A DNA stretch of 64,000 nt from NCBI GenBank assembly GCA_964474455.1, contig CAYYSU010000002.1, forward strand, positions 31,924 to 95,923, written 5' to 3'. The notes beneath the pieces were generated by a model. It saw only the letters and a list, made by a program, of their open reading frames with translations. It was not told the DNA's origin and did no database searches. Of the stretch, positions 36,475 to 46,174 are shown piece by piece. Position numbers and translations under genes: made by a program. The DNA is from an uncultured Bacteroidales bacterium (GTDB lineage: Bacteria > Bacteroidota > Bacteroidia > Bacteroidales > BM520). The first letter of the stretch is position 1. Each line of letters starts with the position of its first letter.

Positions 36475-37512
36475 ATGTTCAGAACAATTTCTTCAATCTT
36501 CGTTTCAGCAATTTTTTTCCTTACCATTACTACCTTTACGGGATGTGATACCGAAGATGCCATTGATTATTCTGTTATGGATGCTACCATCGCTGATGCA
36601 GAACAGTTATATAACTCCACAGATGAAGGCACTCTTCCGGGACAGTTCCCCGCTGAAGCTCGTACAACGCTGAAGGATGCCATAAATATTGCAAAACAGG
36701 TGCGAAATGAGGAAACAGTAACCCAGATAGAAGTGGACAACGCCGTATCTGCCCTGCAAAGTGCCATAAATGTCTATAACACTTTTGTAATTGATCAGAT
36801 AGCACCTGAAAACCTTGTGCTATATCTCCCTTTTGATGCTAATGCCAATGATGCTTCGGGAAATGGGTTTGATGGAACACCAAAAGCCGGTCATATAGAT
36901 TTTGGTGCCGGAGATCCCCCTTCCCTGACTACCGACAGATATGGCAATGATAATGGAGCGTATCATTTTGAAAAAGGTGGTAACATTGAGATTCCTTATA
37001 ATCAGAAATTTAACCCTGAAGAGGCAATCACTATTTCTTTGTGGTTTAACAAAGCTTCCGGTGATGACAAATTCAAGAATATCGTTATGGCTCTCAGCAG
37101 ACGTTTTGGCTACATGATGCAGGTGCAAAGTCAATATCTATATACTACATTTCATTGTGTGAATGACTATGGTAATGAGGTTAATAATGACGAAATGATT
37201 CTCGATTATCCTATTACAGAAGGAGAATGGAATCATTATGCTGTCTCTTATACCAATAAGAGTCTAAAGTTTTATATGAATGGTGCTCCTACAGGATTCT
37301 TTGATAATGTCGAGGGTAAGTTGATTCAGATTGATAATATACCTTTAACTATCGGTAGTGACCTTCCAACAGGAACATATACTACTTCCGAGGGTCCCTA
37401 TTATATCGGTTTTGGTGGTTACTTCACCGGCAAGATCGATGATGTACGTATCTATGATGTACAGCTTTCGGATAGTGACATAGAGGCTATATATACTATG
37501 GAACGCCCATAG
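36475..37512 (+). CDS. LamG (concanavalin-A-like lectin) domain lipoprotein
   Basis: Lipobox TFTGC. Helical N-terminal module, then LYLPFDANANDASGNGFDG...WNHYAVSY...GKIDDVRIYDVQLSDSDI, typical of LamG. Confidence 0.75.
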   Translation: MFRTISSIFVSAIFFLTITTFTGCDTEDAIDYSVMDATIADAEQLYNSTDEGTLPGQFPAEARTTLKDAINIAKQVRNEETVTQIEVDNAVSALQSAINVYNTFVIDQIAPENLVLYLPFDANANDASGNGFDGTPKAGHIDFGAGDPPSLTTDRYGNDNGAYHFEKGGNIEIPYNQKFNPEEAITISLWFNKASGDDKFKNIVMALSRRFGYMMQVQSQYLYTTFHCVNDYGNEVNNDEMILDYPITEGEWNHYAVSYTNKSLKFYMNGAPTGFFDNVEGKLIQIDNIPLTIGSDLPTGTYTTSEGPYYIGFGGYFTGKIDDVRIYDVQLSDSDIEAIYTMERP

Positions 37513-37540
37513 TTCCGGATTTATAAAATAGTAATAATCA

Positions 37541-40465
37541 ATGATTGAGATACATGGTAAATATTTGGTGCTTCTGCTCCAAAGGAATTCCATGTTGGGT
37601 TACATCGCATTGCCATATCTTGTTGTTCCTTCCGGCAAAACAGTATTTGCCCTCTCGGAACGATTTACAAATGCTCATGTGGAAGCCTGGCAGGATGAGG
37701 TGAATGATGATATCTCCGCTTTGGCAAAAAAGGCTGAATCATACTCTGATCATGAGCTCTTTCGGCGTTTTTGTACCAAAAAAAATAAAGAAACGGCTTC
37801 TTCGTTTCTGAAAACTATAGAGCCGGAACGTATCAAGAAGATTATTCGTCCGGAAGTGCAAAAAGCTGTTAGCGAGGTTCTCTTTAAAGCAATGAAAATT
37901 GGATTACTGGTTTTTATGCGCGAAGATACAAGAAGTGTTTTTCTTGGCGATGCAATAGGCTTTTCTACGCAGCCCATAGATACAACGATGCAGTTTGACC
38001 GATGTGATGATGGAATTGATTATCGTCTTACTTTTCATTATGAAAATCAATTACTGCCTGTTAGTGAACTTAATACAGTGATTCTTACAACCCTTCCCGC
38101 ATGGGTGCTGATGGAAGATAAACTATATTATTTCCATAAAGATTTTGATGCCAATAAATTGAAACCGTTCCTAAAAAAAGAGAGCCTGCTTATTCCCCAA
38201 AGGAATGAAAAGGAGTATTTTAGAAAATATATCCGTAAGAGTGTTCGTGGCGGAAATGTTATTGCAAAAGGTTTTGATATCACGGATCTATATCCTGCTC
38301 CCATTCCGGTATTGAGTTTTGAATACAATCCATTTTTTAAACCTACTCTTTTACTATACTATATTTATGGAGAGAAACGTATTGATGCTGCAAATACTGG
38401 AAAGGTTTTCGTGGACCTTAATATTGAGGATGATGAATATTTTTTTCTTAAGATACACCGTGATGCCAAGGCCGAGAGTATCATAAATCATAAATTATCT
38501 GATATGGGAATGGTCAGTATTGCTCGTGGTACCTGGTCGGTAAAGGAGGCAGACGTTTCCACGGAATCATTCCTACAGTGGGTGAATGCTAATGCCGGAC
38601 GATTTAAGGAAGAGGGTTTTTATCTTGAAAATAACTATTATGAAAAAAATTATTATCTGGGTGGAATAACCCTTGAAATGAATCGGGATGACGGAAATGA
38701 CTGGTTTGACTTGAAGATGATTGTCGTTTTGGAAAATGGTGTAGAGATACCTTTTTCCAAACTGAAGAATAATATTTTAAACGGTCGACGGGAGTATAGA
38801 GATAGTGATGGTCTTATTTTTATCATTCCGGAGGAGTGGTTTGCACAGTATGGCGATTTGTGTGAGCTTGGGAAATTTAAAGGTGAGAAGGTGAGGATTA
38901 ATAGCTCTTTCTATCCTGTTTTTAAGGAGTTGGGATGGAGTTTGCCTGACACTGTAGACGATGGGTGTGATGCTGAAGAATTGATGCCACCGGAAGCACT
39001 TAATGCTACCCTACGACCATACCAGATCGATGGATACCGATGGTTTAGAAAGCTTGATCATTCAGGATTGGGCGGTTGTTTGGCGGATGATATGGGCCTG
39101 GGAAAAACAGTACAAACTATAGCTTATCTTATTTCGCAATATGAAGATGCCCAGCCGAAAGATAATTCGCTACAGGATGATTCGGGTCAATTGGATCTGT
39201 TCGCAGATGACATGCATGGGAAACTGCCTTTGGATTGGCCTTCCTTAATTGTTATGCCCGCATCGCTGGTTCATAACTGGTATCTTGAACTAGAGAAGTT
39301 TGCTCCCTCACTATTGGTTTACCGACATGCCGGTATTTCCCGTTCCAATGATTATGATAGGTTCTTGAAATATCATATCATACTTACAACTTACGGCACT
39401 CTTCGAAATGATGTCTCTGAATTGCAGAAAATTAATTTTAAGAATGTTATTCTCGATGAGAGTCAGATGATAAAAAATCCTGATTCTAAAACACACAGAG
39501 CTGTTACTACATTGAACTCCGAGCGTCGTTTTGTCCTCTCAGGCACCCCTGTTGAAAACTCTATTCTGGATCTGTGGGCGCAGATGGATTTTGTGAATCC
39601 CGGAATGCTTGGCGATAAGTCAATGTTTAAACGTGTGTTCCTGAAACCTATCGTGAAAGCCGGTAGTGAGGAAAAGATGGATAAACTAAGAAAAATTATT
39701 GCTCCTTTTGTTCTTAGGCGAACAAAAAATATGGTGGCAAAAGAGCTTCCTGCGAAAATGGAGCAAACTGTATGGTGTGTTATGGCCGTAGAGCAAAAAA
39801 CGGAGTATGAAGAAGAGAAATCACGTGTGCGTAACGAACTTCTTAATGAGATAGAAGAAGATGATATCCCTAAAAACCGATTTGCGGTGTTGCAGGCTCT
39901 CACAAAACTGCGGCAAATAGCTTGTCATCCTCAGCTGACAGGAAAATTAAATAGCGAGTCGGGGAAATTTGATACTGTTTTACAGAGGGTTGTAACCGTT
40001 ACCCAAGAGGGACATAAAGTGCTGATGTTCTCCTCATTTGTGGAACATCTAAAAATTTATTCCGCCGAGTTTGATGCTATTGGTATTGATTACGAGATGC
40101 TTACCGGAAGTACCAACGACCGAGAGAAGGTGATTCGGAATTTTCGTGAGAGTGAGAATATAAAAGTGTTTCTGATATCACTGAAAGCCGGCGGTGTGGG
40201 GATAAATCTTACCGAAGCTGATTATGTCTTTATCCTGGATCCGTGGTGGAACCCCGCATCTGAAAACCAAGCTATAGATCGTACCCATAGAATAGGGCAG
40301 GAGAAGAGCGTTTTTGTGTACAGATTTATCTCAAAAGACACCATTGAAGAGAAAATGCTTCTTTTGCAGAATCAAAAACGTGAGCTTGCGCAAGAGATAA
40401 TTCGTTCAGGCGAAAACCCGATATTTAAAATGAGTCATGCAGAGCTCAAGCAATTGTTTTATTGA
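37541..40465 (+). CDS. SNF2-family DNA/RNA helicase with ~480-aa N-terminal associated region
   Basis: LRPYQIDGYRWF, LADDMGLGKTVQ, ILDESQMIKN, LSGTPVENS, ISLKAGGVGINLT and DPWWNPA.ENQAIDRTHRIGQ. Confidence 0.9.
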   Translation: MIEIHGKYLVLLLQRNSMLGYIALPYLVVPSGKTVFALSERFTNAHVEAWQDEVNDDISALAKKAESYSDHELFRRFCTKKNKETASSFLKTIEPERIKKIIRPEVQKAVSEVLFKAMKIGLLVFMREDTRSVFLGDAIGFSTQPIDTTMQFDRCDDGIDYRLTFHYENQLLPVSELNTVILTTLPAWVLMEDKLYYFHKDFDANKLKPFLKKESLLIPQRNEKEYFRKYIRKSVRGGNVIAKGFDITDLYPAPIPVLSFEYNPFFKPTLLLYYIYGEKRIDAANTGKVFVDLNIEDDEYFFLKIHRDAKAESIINHKLSDMGMVSIARGTWSVKEADVSTESFLQWVNANAGRFKEEGFYLENNYYEKNYYLGGITLEMNRDDGNDWFDLKMIVVLENGVEIPFSKLKNNILNGRREYRDSDGLIFIIPEEWFAQYGDLCELGKFKGEKVRINSSFYPVFKELGWSLPDTVDDGCDAEELMPPEALNATLRPYQIDGYRWFRKLDHSGLGGCLADDMGLGKTVQTIAYLISQYEDAQPKDNSLQDDSGQLDLFADDMHGKLPLDWPSLIVMPASLVHNWYLELEKFAPSLLVYRHAGISRSNDYDRFLKYHIILTTYGTLRNDVSELQKINFKNVILDESQMIKNPDSKTHRAVTTLNSERRFVLSGTPVENSILDLWAQMDFVNPGMLGDKSMFKRVFLKPIVKAGSEEKMDKLRKIIAPFVLRRTKNMVAKELPAKMEQTVWCVMAVEQKTEYEEEKSRVRNELLNEIEEDDIPKNRFAVLQALTKLRQIACHPQLTGKLNSESGKFDTVLQRVVTVTQEGHKVLMFSSFVEHLKIYSAEFDAIGIDYEMLTGSTNDREKVIRNFRESENIKVFLISLKAGGVGINLTEADYVFILDPWWNPASENQAIDRTHRIGQEKSVFVYRFISKDTIEEKMLLLQNQKRELAQEIIRSGENPIFKMSHAELKQLFY

Positions 40466-40543
40466 CACCCTATAGCTACTTCCGTAGAAACGCATTGTCG
40501 TGATTATCTTTGTCTCCCCGTGTGTGTTACCGGGGAAATAAAA

Positions 40544-40573
40544 AAGGCTGTAAGGAATCCTCCAAACAGCCTT
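40544..40573. terminator. possible bidirectional terminator between convergent SNF2 and peptidase genes
   Basis: AAGGCTG-N16-CAGCCTT flanked by an A-run and a T-run. The long loop lowers confidence. Confidence 0.45.
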
Positions 40574-40596
40574 TTCAAAAATATTATGTGATCTGA

Positions 40597-41796
40597 TTAC
40601 AGACCAAGTTTCTTTCTGATATTCTCAGGAATAGCATCTTTGTGAACCATAACATCTATGGTTTGCTGTGCCACGAACGGTTTGCTTGCGAAGAAGAATC
40701 CTTCGTAGTCATTACCGGTAGTGTTCCAGCTGTTTTTCACCTTGTAGTAATGGTTGCCATTCTGATCTTTGGCAATACCACACAGTAACATGCCGTGGTC
40801 GTCAGTAGTCATGTAGTTGTCAAAGTTCTCCTGACGCATCTCCTGAGTGACATTTTTCTCAGTAACGGTTCCGTCGAAGTTGTATAGTTTGCTCTGTTGC
40901 TCATTTTTTGTCATCTCGCTCCATTTTGCAACCTCAGACCCTGCGCTTGATTCAATTGGTTTTTCAGGAAGTATGGCAACACCATTTTTCCATGAGAAAC
41001 CTTTATCGCTGACATCAGCACCCCAACCAACAGTATAACCGTTTTCTATGGAGTTATCGATAATCTCCATCATCTCATCCAGTGGTACATTATAAACGAC
41101 ATCGTGAAGCCAGTTGTCGGGTACCTCAATGATAAATGTTTCATAGAAAGGGTGGTGAGTAAAAGATCCGATCTCAACATAATCGTTCATATCCAGAGTA
41201 AGCTCATCGGCGAAAGTCTGTGGAGTATATTTTTTTCCCTTATAAGTAAAACTCTCTGGCTTTTCACCAAGATACGCATCAAGGATGCCATAATATCCAT
41301 CCATCCAGACTTTTGTCAGTTTACGGTTTTTGTTTTTTATAACCCCATCAACATAGTTTTTAAGCACCTCTTCCTGCTCACCATGGACAAATTTTTCTTC
41401 GCCTTCGGGTAAACCTGTATATGCTCCTTCAGGAACGATACCAAAATTTTTCCATACCCATGTCACATCGTGGAAAGCTCCGCCACCTCCAAAGTTGAGG
41501 TTGCCGTGCCAACGTACATAGCGTTCTGCTTTTTCTTCAAAACAGTGGCGGATGATAAACGCTTCCGAAAGATCATATTGACCTTTTCCTGTTCGGAGAA
41601 GTTCTGCCTCAAGCATAGCGAGACCAGCAAACGACCAACATGTGCCGCTGCGGTATTGATCACGTACCGGTGTTACAGGTATTTCTTCGATCATAGTAAA
41701 TTCATAACCTTTTTTATCTTCCTTTTTTTCTTCTTGAGCAAAAAGGAGAGGCGCAGCTATCATGATAGCTAACAGCGTAACTAATACTCTTTTCAT
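40597..41796 (-). CDS. C1-family cysteine peptidase, aminopeptidase C (PepC/bleomycin hydrolase)-like, with signal peptide
   Basis: Catalytic-Cys motif QYRSGTCWSFAG; signal peptide MKRVLVTLLAIMIAAPLLFAQ; conserved C-terminal DHGMLLCG...YYKVKNSW. Confidence 0.8.
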   Translation of the reverse strand: MKRVLVTLLAIMIAAPLLFAQEEKKEDKKGYEFTMIEEIPVTPVRDQYRSGTCWSFAGLAMLEAELLRTGKGQYDLSEAFIIRHCFEEKAERYVRWHGNLNFGGGGAFHDVTWVWKNFGIVPEGAYTGLPEGEEKFVHGEQEEVLKNYVDGVIKNKNRKLTKVWMDGYYGILDAYLGEKPESFTYKGKKYTPQTFADELTLDMNDYVEIGSFTHHPFYETFIIEVPDNWLHDVVYNVPLDEMMEIIDNSIENGYTVGWGADVSDKGFSWKNGVAILPEKPIESSAGSEVAKWSEMTKNEQQSKLYNFDGTVTEKNVTQEMRQENFDNYMTTDDHGMLLCGIAKDQNGNHYYKVKNSWNTTGNDYEGFFFASKPFVAQQTIDVMVHKDAIPENIRKKLGL

Positions 41797-41851
41797 CTGT
41801 TTTAATTTAATGTTAAAGCAAAAATATTAAAATTCGTATAATTTGTTTTCT

Positions 41852-42364
41852 TTATTCCGTGTGTCGTGTGGGAGAAAAAAGTGGCTTAAGATAATTCCGT
41901 GGAATCTTAACACAAATATCCTTTCCCACACTATCAATATTTATATAAACTCTGTTACTATTCCCTCTCAACTCAATCTTTCCCCTGATCCCAGTTAATG
42001 AACCGGCGATAATCTCCACCTCTGTTCCTGCGCCCAATGGTACTTCTTCGTTCTCACTCTCTTCGTGTTGTTCGAGATATAGTTTTACTGCAATAATATG
42101 TTGCTCTGGAACAACGGAGGCTTTTCCCTGAATGCTAATATATTTTAGTGCTCCTTCAACGTTTAAGGCATCGTAGTATTCTCTTCCGGTTACATTTACA
42201 AATATGTACCCTCGAAACAGCGGTTCCTCAACCATCTTTTTTCTATCGCTCCACTGTTTCAGTGTTTTGAGTAATGGCAGATAAACGGTAATACCCTTTT
42301 CCTGAAGCTGCTCCAGAACCTTTTTTTCCCAACGAGATTTAGTATATATTGCATGCCATGCCAT
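41852..42364 (-). CDS. UpxY-family (NusG-like) transcription antiterminator
   Basis: N-terminal MAWHAIYTKSRWEKKV...L...GI.VYLP (NGN domain) and a KOW-like GTEVEIIAGSLTGIRGKI. Confidence 0.8.
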   Translation of the reverse strand: MAWHAIYTKSRWEKKVLEQLQEKGITVYLPLLKTLKQWSDRKKMVEEPLFRGYIFVNVTGREYYDALNVEGALKYISIQGKASVVPEQHIIAVKLYLEQHEESENEEVPLGAGTEVEIIAGSLTGIRGKIELRGNSNRVYINIDSVGKDICVKIPRNYLKPLFSPTRHTE

Positions 42365-42405
42365 ATGGCAAAGGTAAAAATATTCAACGTGTTACCTTAA
42401 AAGTT

Positions 42406-43596
42406 CTATGCTTTTTTACTCTTTTTGTCTTTCAGGAAAAGCACTGTAAGTAATATGAAGATGATACATATAAATAGCACAAGGATTCCCCCGTTAATAT
42501 TAATTTTCATGGCATATCCCACCAGGAAAGGTATTATTGCTCCACCGGAAATGGCCATCATCATAAGACCTGAAATCTCATTTGCCCTTAGAGGATATTT
42601 CTCAACAGTAATAGAGAATACTAATGGGAATATATTACTTACTCCCAGGCTTATGACAGCTATAATAATCCATGCAGAGAGTGTGCTGGGAGTGAATGCC
42701 AGTATTATCATCGCTATTGCTGCGAGAATTGCCGAGCTGATAAGGAATTTTCTACTGGAGATGCGGGTAAGCAGCATTGCCCCGATGAATGTCCCCGTCA
42801 TCTTGGCAAAGAAATACACTGATTTACCATAGACAGCAGTCTCCATACTGACGTCAAGTTTTTCTGTCAGAAACGTTCCTATGTTTGAGTTGATGCCTAC
42901 ATCAATACCCACGACAGCAAATATTGCCAGTACCATAAGAAGTATGTATTTGTTTCCAAGCAGTGCAAAACATGATTTCATAGTTGCTCTTTCTGTCTTG
43001 TTGACCTGTACAGGGACTTTTACTGTACTGAGCCAAATAAAAGATATTATTGATATTAATGCGAACAGATATAACCCATAACGCCACTCACCACCTGTTG
43101 TTCCTCCCAGCAGACCTGCCAGCCACGGTCCGATAACTGCGGCGACGAATGGACCTACAACGGACCCCAAAGATTTTACGAATTGTGAGAAACTAAGAAT
43201 ACTTGATGAGCTGCCCTTGGGAACCACATCCACAAGAAGTGGGTTGGCAGATACTTGCAGAATAGTGTTTCCTATGCCCAGGAGTGCAAAGGCTGCCAGA
43301 ATAACAGGAAGAGTATTGCCCATGATAGGAACAATAAGACCTATGGCTGTGATTAGGATACCAACATTCAGTGCTTTTTTCTTGCCTACTTTGTCCTGCC
43401 ATATTCCTACTGGAACCGATAAGAGAAAAAACCAAATGAATGCAACAAATGGAATCAACTGAAGGATATACGATGGTGTGTTGGAATCTTTTCGTAATTC
43501 GTCAACGCCGGTACCCACCAAATCGATGAAACTCATTACGAAGAATGACATCAAAACGGGGATAATAATAGACCAGTTATACCTTGGCTTGTTCAT
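42406..43596 (-). CDS. MFS transporter
   Basis: About 12 hydrophobic segments with MFS loop-like motifs. Start moved from 43749 to ATG 43596 (MNKPRYNWSIIIPVLMSFF...), because the extension crosses a terminator and a palindrome. Confidence 0.75.
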   Translation of the reverse strand: MNKPRYNWSIIIPVLMSFFVMSFIDLVGTGVDELRKDSNTPSYILQLIPFVAFIWFFLLSVPVGIWQDKVGKKKALNVGILITAIGLIVPIMGNTLPVILAAFALLGIGNTILQVSANPLLVDVVPKGSSSSILSFSQFVKSLGSVVGPFVAAVIGPWLAGLLGGTTGGEWRYGLYLFALISIISFIWLSTVKVPVQVNKTERATMKSCFALLGNKYILLMVLAIFAVVGIDVGINSNIGTFLTEKLDVSMETAVYGKSVYFFAKMTGTFIGAMLLTRISSRKFLISSAILAAIAMIILAFTPSTLSAWIIIAVISLGVSNIFPLVFSITVEKYPLRANEISGLMMMAISGGAIIPFLVGYAMKININGGILVLFICIIFILLTVLFLKDKKSKKA

Positions 43597-43671
43597 AGAT
43601 TTCGTTTTATCAGTAAATAATGGTTTCTCTTTGATGCAAATGTAAGATAAAATTTTGAGTTGTCGCAGTGT

Positions 43672-43691
43672 GGCTGACACATGTGTCAGCC
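43672..43691. promoter_or_regulatory. perfect 20-bp palindrome upstream of the MFS gene (operator-like)
   Basis: GGCTGACAC-AT-GTGTCAGCC. A TACATTTG -7 box (minus strand, 43637-43644) lies ~30 nt downstream of it. Confidence 0.35.
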
Positions 43692-43745
43692 CTCTGGAGT
43701 TTGGTTGATTTCTTATGCAGAAAAGTGCTTTAAAGGCAATGCCAA

Positions 43746-43778
43746 CCAAAAAGAGACCGCCCTTTCAGGGCAGCCTCT
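43746..43778 (-). terminator. intrinsic terminator after the aldehyde oxidoreductase gene
   Basis: Minus strand reads GAGGCTGCCCT-GAA-AGGGCGGTCTC (11 bp including 2 G-U) followed by TTTTT. Confidence 0.7.
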
Positions 43779-43832
43779 TCTTCGCTTAAAATATGTGTAT
43801 TTGGGGTCAGCGGTGCTGACGTTATTCTTCGT

Positions 43833-45983
43833 TTACTGTAGATCTTTCACTACTTCTACCAGCTCGGGAAGATCCATTCCGATATTTTTCAGGTGTTCCA
43901 GTTTTGGAATACCGTTTTTATTCCATCCCCGACGTAGGTAAACAGCATCAAGAAGTTTTTCATATTGCTCTTCGCGGAATTTTCTTGTGATAGCAATTTT
44001 TTCTTCCGTAGATTTTCCCTCAGGATCGATACCGATTTTTTCTTTCATCAGGGTATCATAACGTTCCTGTCGTGATTCATACTCTTCTGCTGTTACGGGG
44101 CCTGCGGCACGGTATGGCTGAGCATCAAATTTACGTGTGCCCATGCCACGGCGGATGCCGAATATGCGCTGGAAGTTATATACGCGCTCACTCATGCGAA
44201 TCATCTCTTCTTTATCGAATTCACGACCGGTAACGGCTTTAAAAATAGTAACATAGTTGTCCACGTGCTCCGGTACTTTTGCCGGTTCATCAGTTTCGGC
44301 GTTGTTCACGGGTTCTACATCATTCCATGGAAGCTTACAGAGACCCACCAAACCAAACCATGTTCTGAACATGGGGAAGTAGTGAAGTGCTTCTGCTTTA
44401 TCTTCGAATGTAGGAATCTGGTTGTTTACCATGTCCATGAAGATAAGCCATGCTTCATCATGCTGAGGTCCTTTGTTTGTCATTGCAAACCCACCCTGCT
44501 GAGCCAGCGACTCTTTAGATACATATTCAGAATACTCAAGACCTTTATTAACCATGCCTATGTCGTTAAGGAAATTTGCATCACCCCAACCTTTTTCTAT
44601 GAACATCTCTTTCATTTTCTGAACACCCATTCCGGCGATTTTTCCGAATCCCTCGCCGCGAGCGAGCTGGTGCATCATCTCCATGGCGTTATCGGCATTT
44701 CCGAAGTTGAGCTTCAGCCCACCGGTGCGCTCTTCATTGAGGATACCATTCTCATAGCACTCCATTACGAATGCTGTCAATGTTCCCCAGGTGATAGTAC
44801 ATATACCGTACGTGTCGCAGTAGAAGTTTGCTTCGATGATATAATCAGGGTTGAAGATACCGCCGTTAGCACCCAGACCACCTGCATTTTCATATTCCGG
44901 TCCGTCAACGATTACTTTGTCACCTTTATAAGGACCTGTGCGCAGTTCGTAGTTGTCAATACCTTTGGCGCACGACATATTACAGCCAATCCAGCAGCCA
45001 TCGGGGACGCCTTGTGTAAAACGGCTTTTCCACTCATCGGAGTCAATTTTATATGTGTCAGGGTGCGAACCGAATTTGTAGTTATGAACAGGTAGCAGAT
45101 CATAATCGTCCATGATTTCTACAAGGTGAGCTGTGCCTTTACCGCGCATATCGCATTGCGATGCATCGAGGTCACGCATCTCTTTATTGAAATTCCTGCC
45201 ACGTTCCATGATGGCTTTCATGTCCACAACATTGTTGAGGTTGCCTTTTACTCCATCGATTTTGGCAACGATAGCTTTAATGTTTTTATTGCGGAATACA
45301 GATCCGAGGCCACCGCGACCTGCCTGCTTCAGTCGTACCACTTTACGTTTAGGATCGTAGAAGCTGAAGTTTAGCATTCCTATGATAGAGTGTTTTGCTG
45401 CCTGTCCCGTAGATACAACGGCGATATTCCTTTTGTCCTTCTCGTCCTCAGCATACATCTCTGTCAGAACCTCTGCTAACACATGACTGTCCCATGGCTC
45501 TTTGGGAGCCTCTTCTATGGAAACGGTCTCTTTGGTTTGGTCTATAACGAGGATAACATCTTTATCTGATTTACCCTGTACCTCCACGGCGTCAAAGCCT
45601 GCAAATTTGGAGAAAGGACCAAAGAACCCACCCACGTTGGAGTCCATCACGTTACCTGTAGGAGAGATACCGACACATATTGCTTTGCCTGCACCTGAAT
45701 ATTGAGTGATACCACAAATAGGCCCGCCACTGATAACAATTTCATTTTCATTGTCATCCCATTGGGTCTCAGGGCGTGTGGCATCCCAAAGCAGTTTTAA
45801 ACCGAAACCTTTTCCTCCCACAAATTTATCTTTCATCAATTGTGTAACAGGTTTCTCTTCGATACTGTTATCATCAAGATTGATATATAGAGTGCGGTTG
45901 TTGTAACCCTTTTCTATAGGAGCCCATTTGTATTTGTATTCCTTTAATACCTTATGAGCATTTTTCATTTCCTCAATGTTCAT
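43833..45983 (-). CDS. aor: aldehyde:ferredoxin oxidoreductase family (W/Mo-pterin, [4Fe-4S]) enzyme, long ~716-aa form
   Basis: N-terminal AFOR_N-like NRTLYINLDD...FVGGKGFGLKLLWD, Cys cluster GCWIGCNMSCAKG, and conserved blocks through the C-terminal domain (GGFAMTNKGPQHDEAW). Confidence 0.85.
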   Translation of the reverse strand: MNIEEMKNAHKVLKEYKYKWAPIEKGYNNRTLYINLDDNSIEEKPVTQLMKDKFVGGKGFGLKLLWDATRPETQWDDNENEIVISGGPICGITQYSGAGKAICVGISPTGNVMDSNVGGFFGPFSKFAGFDAVEVQGKSDKDVILVIDQTKETVSIEEAPKEPWDSHVLAEVLTEMYAEDEKDKRNIAVVSTGQAAKHSIIGMLNFSFYDPKRKVVRLKQAGRGGLGSVFRNKNIKAIVAKIDGVKGNLNNVVDMKAIMERGRNFNKEMRDLDASQCDMRGKGTAHLVEIMDDYDLLPVHNYKFGSHPDTYKIDSDEWKSRFTQGVPDGCWIGCNMSCAKGIDNYELRTGPYKGDKVIVDGPEYENAGGLGANGGIFNPDYIIEANFYCDTYGICTITWGTLTAFVMECYENGILNEERTGGLKLNFGNADNAMEMMHQLARGEGFGKIAGMGVQKMKEMFIEKGWGDANFLNDIGMVNKGLEYSEYVSKESLAQQGGFAMTNKGPQHDEAWLIFMDMVNNQIPTFEDKAEALHYFPMFRTWFGLVGLCKLPWNDVEPVNNAETDEPAKVPEHVDNYVTIFKAVTGREFDKEEMIRMSERVYNFQRIFGIRRGMGTRKFDAQPYRAAGPVTAEEYESRQERYDTLMKEKIGIDPEGKSTEEKIAITRKFREEQYEKLLDAVYLRRGWNKNGIPKLEHLKNIGMDLPELVEVVKDLQ

Positions 45984-46071
45984 GGTTCAATATGATTTAT
46001 GGTGAGTATATAATTATTAATGCAAATGTAGCACAAAAAGAGTGGTATAAAAAGAAAAAGTGAATAAATAC

Positions 46072-46095
46072 CGATATGAAAACATGTGCATATCG
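46072..46095. promoter_or_regulatory. inverted repeat in the aor upstream region (operator-like)
   Basis: CGATATG-N10-CATATCG, located 89-112 nt upstream of the aor ATG (45983). Confidence 0.3.
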
Positions 46096-46174
46096 ATGAA
46101 ATACAGAGCGTTATGGTTTTTATGGGTCTAAAGCTGTTTGAAATGAACTGTTTAGAAGCGGGCAGAGGATTATA

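Noticed and set aside
36475-40465. LamG lipoprotein plus SNF2 helicase as a possible defence module
   Set aside because: There is no nuclease, methyltransferase or other defence hallmark adjacent. The two products have different predicted compartments (lipoprotein versus cytoplasmic). SNF2 proteins with this long N-terminal region seem to me common as stand-alone genes in Bacteroidota.
43597-43749. 51-codon N-terminal extension of the MFS transporter ORF
   Set aside because: It would read through the palindrome and the aor terminator. The first TM segment begins right after ATG 43596.
44265-45095. 276-aa antisense ORF inside the aldehyde oxidoreductase gene
   Set aside because: The sense frame matches the AOR family along its whole length. 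The antisense product has no motif and an implausible composition.
45984-46174. Moco/Wco riboswitch upstream of aor
   Set aside because: The spacer is AT-rich, and I cannot recognise the GC-rich paired regions expected for that RNA. Only the short inverted repeat is reported.
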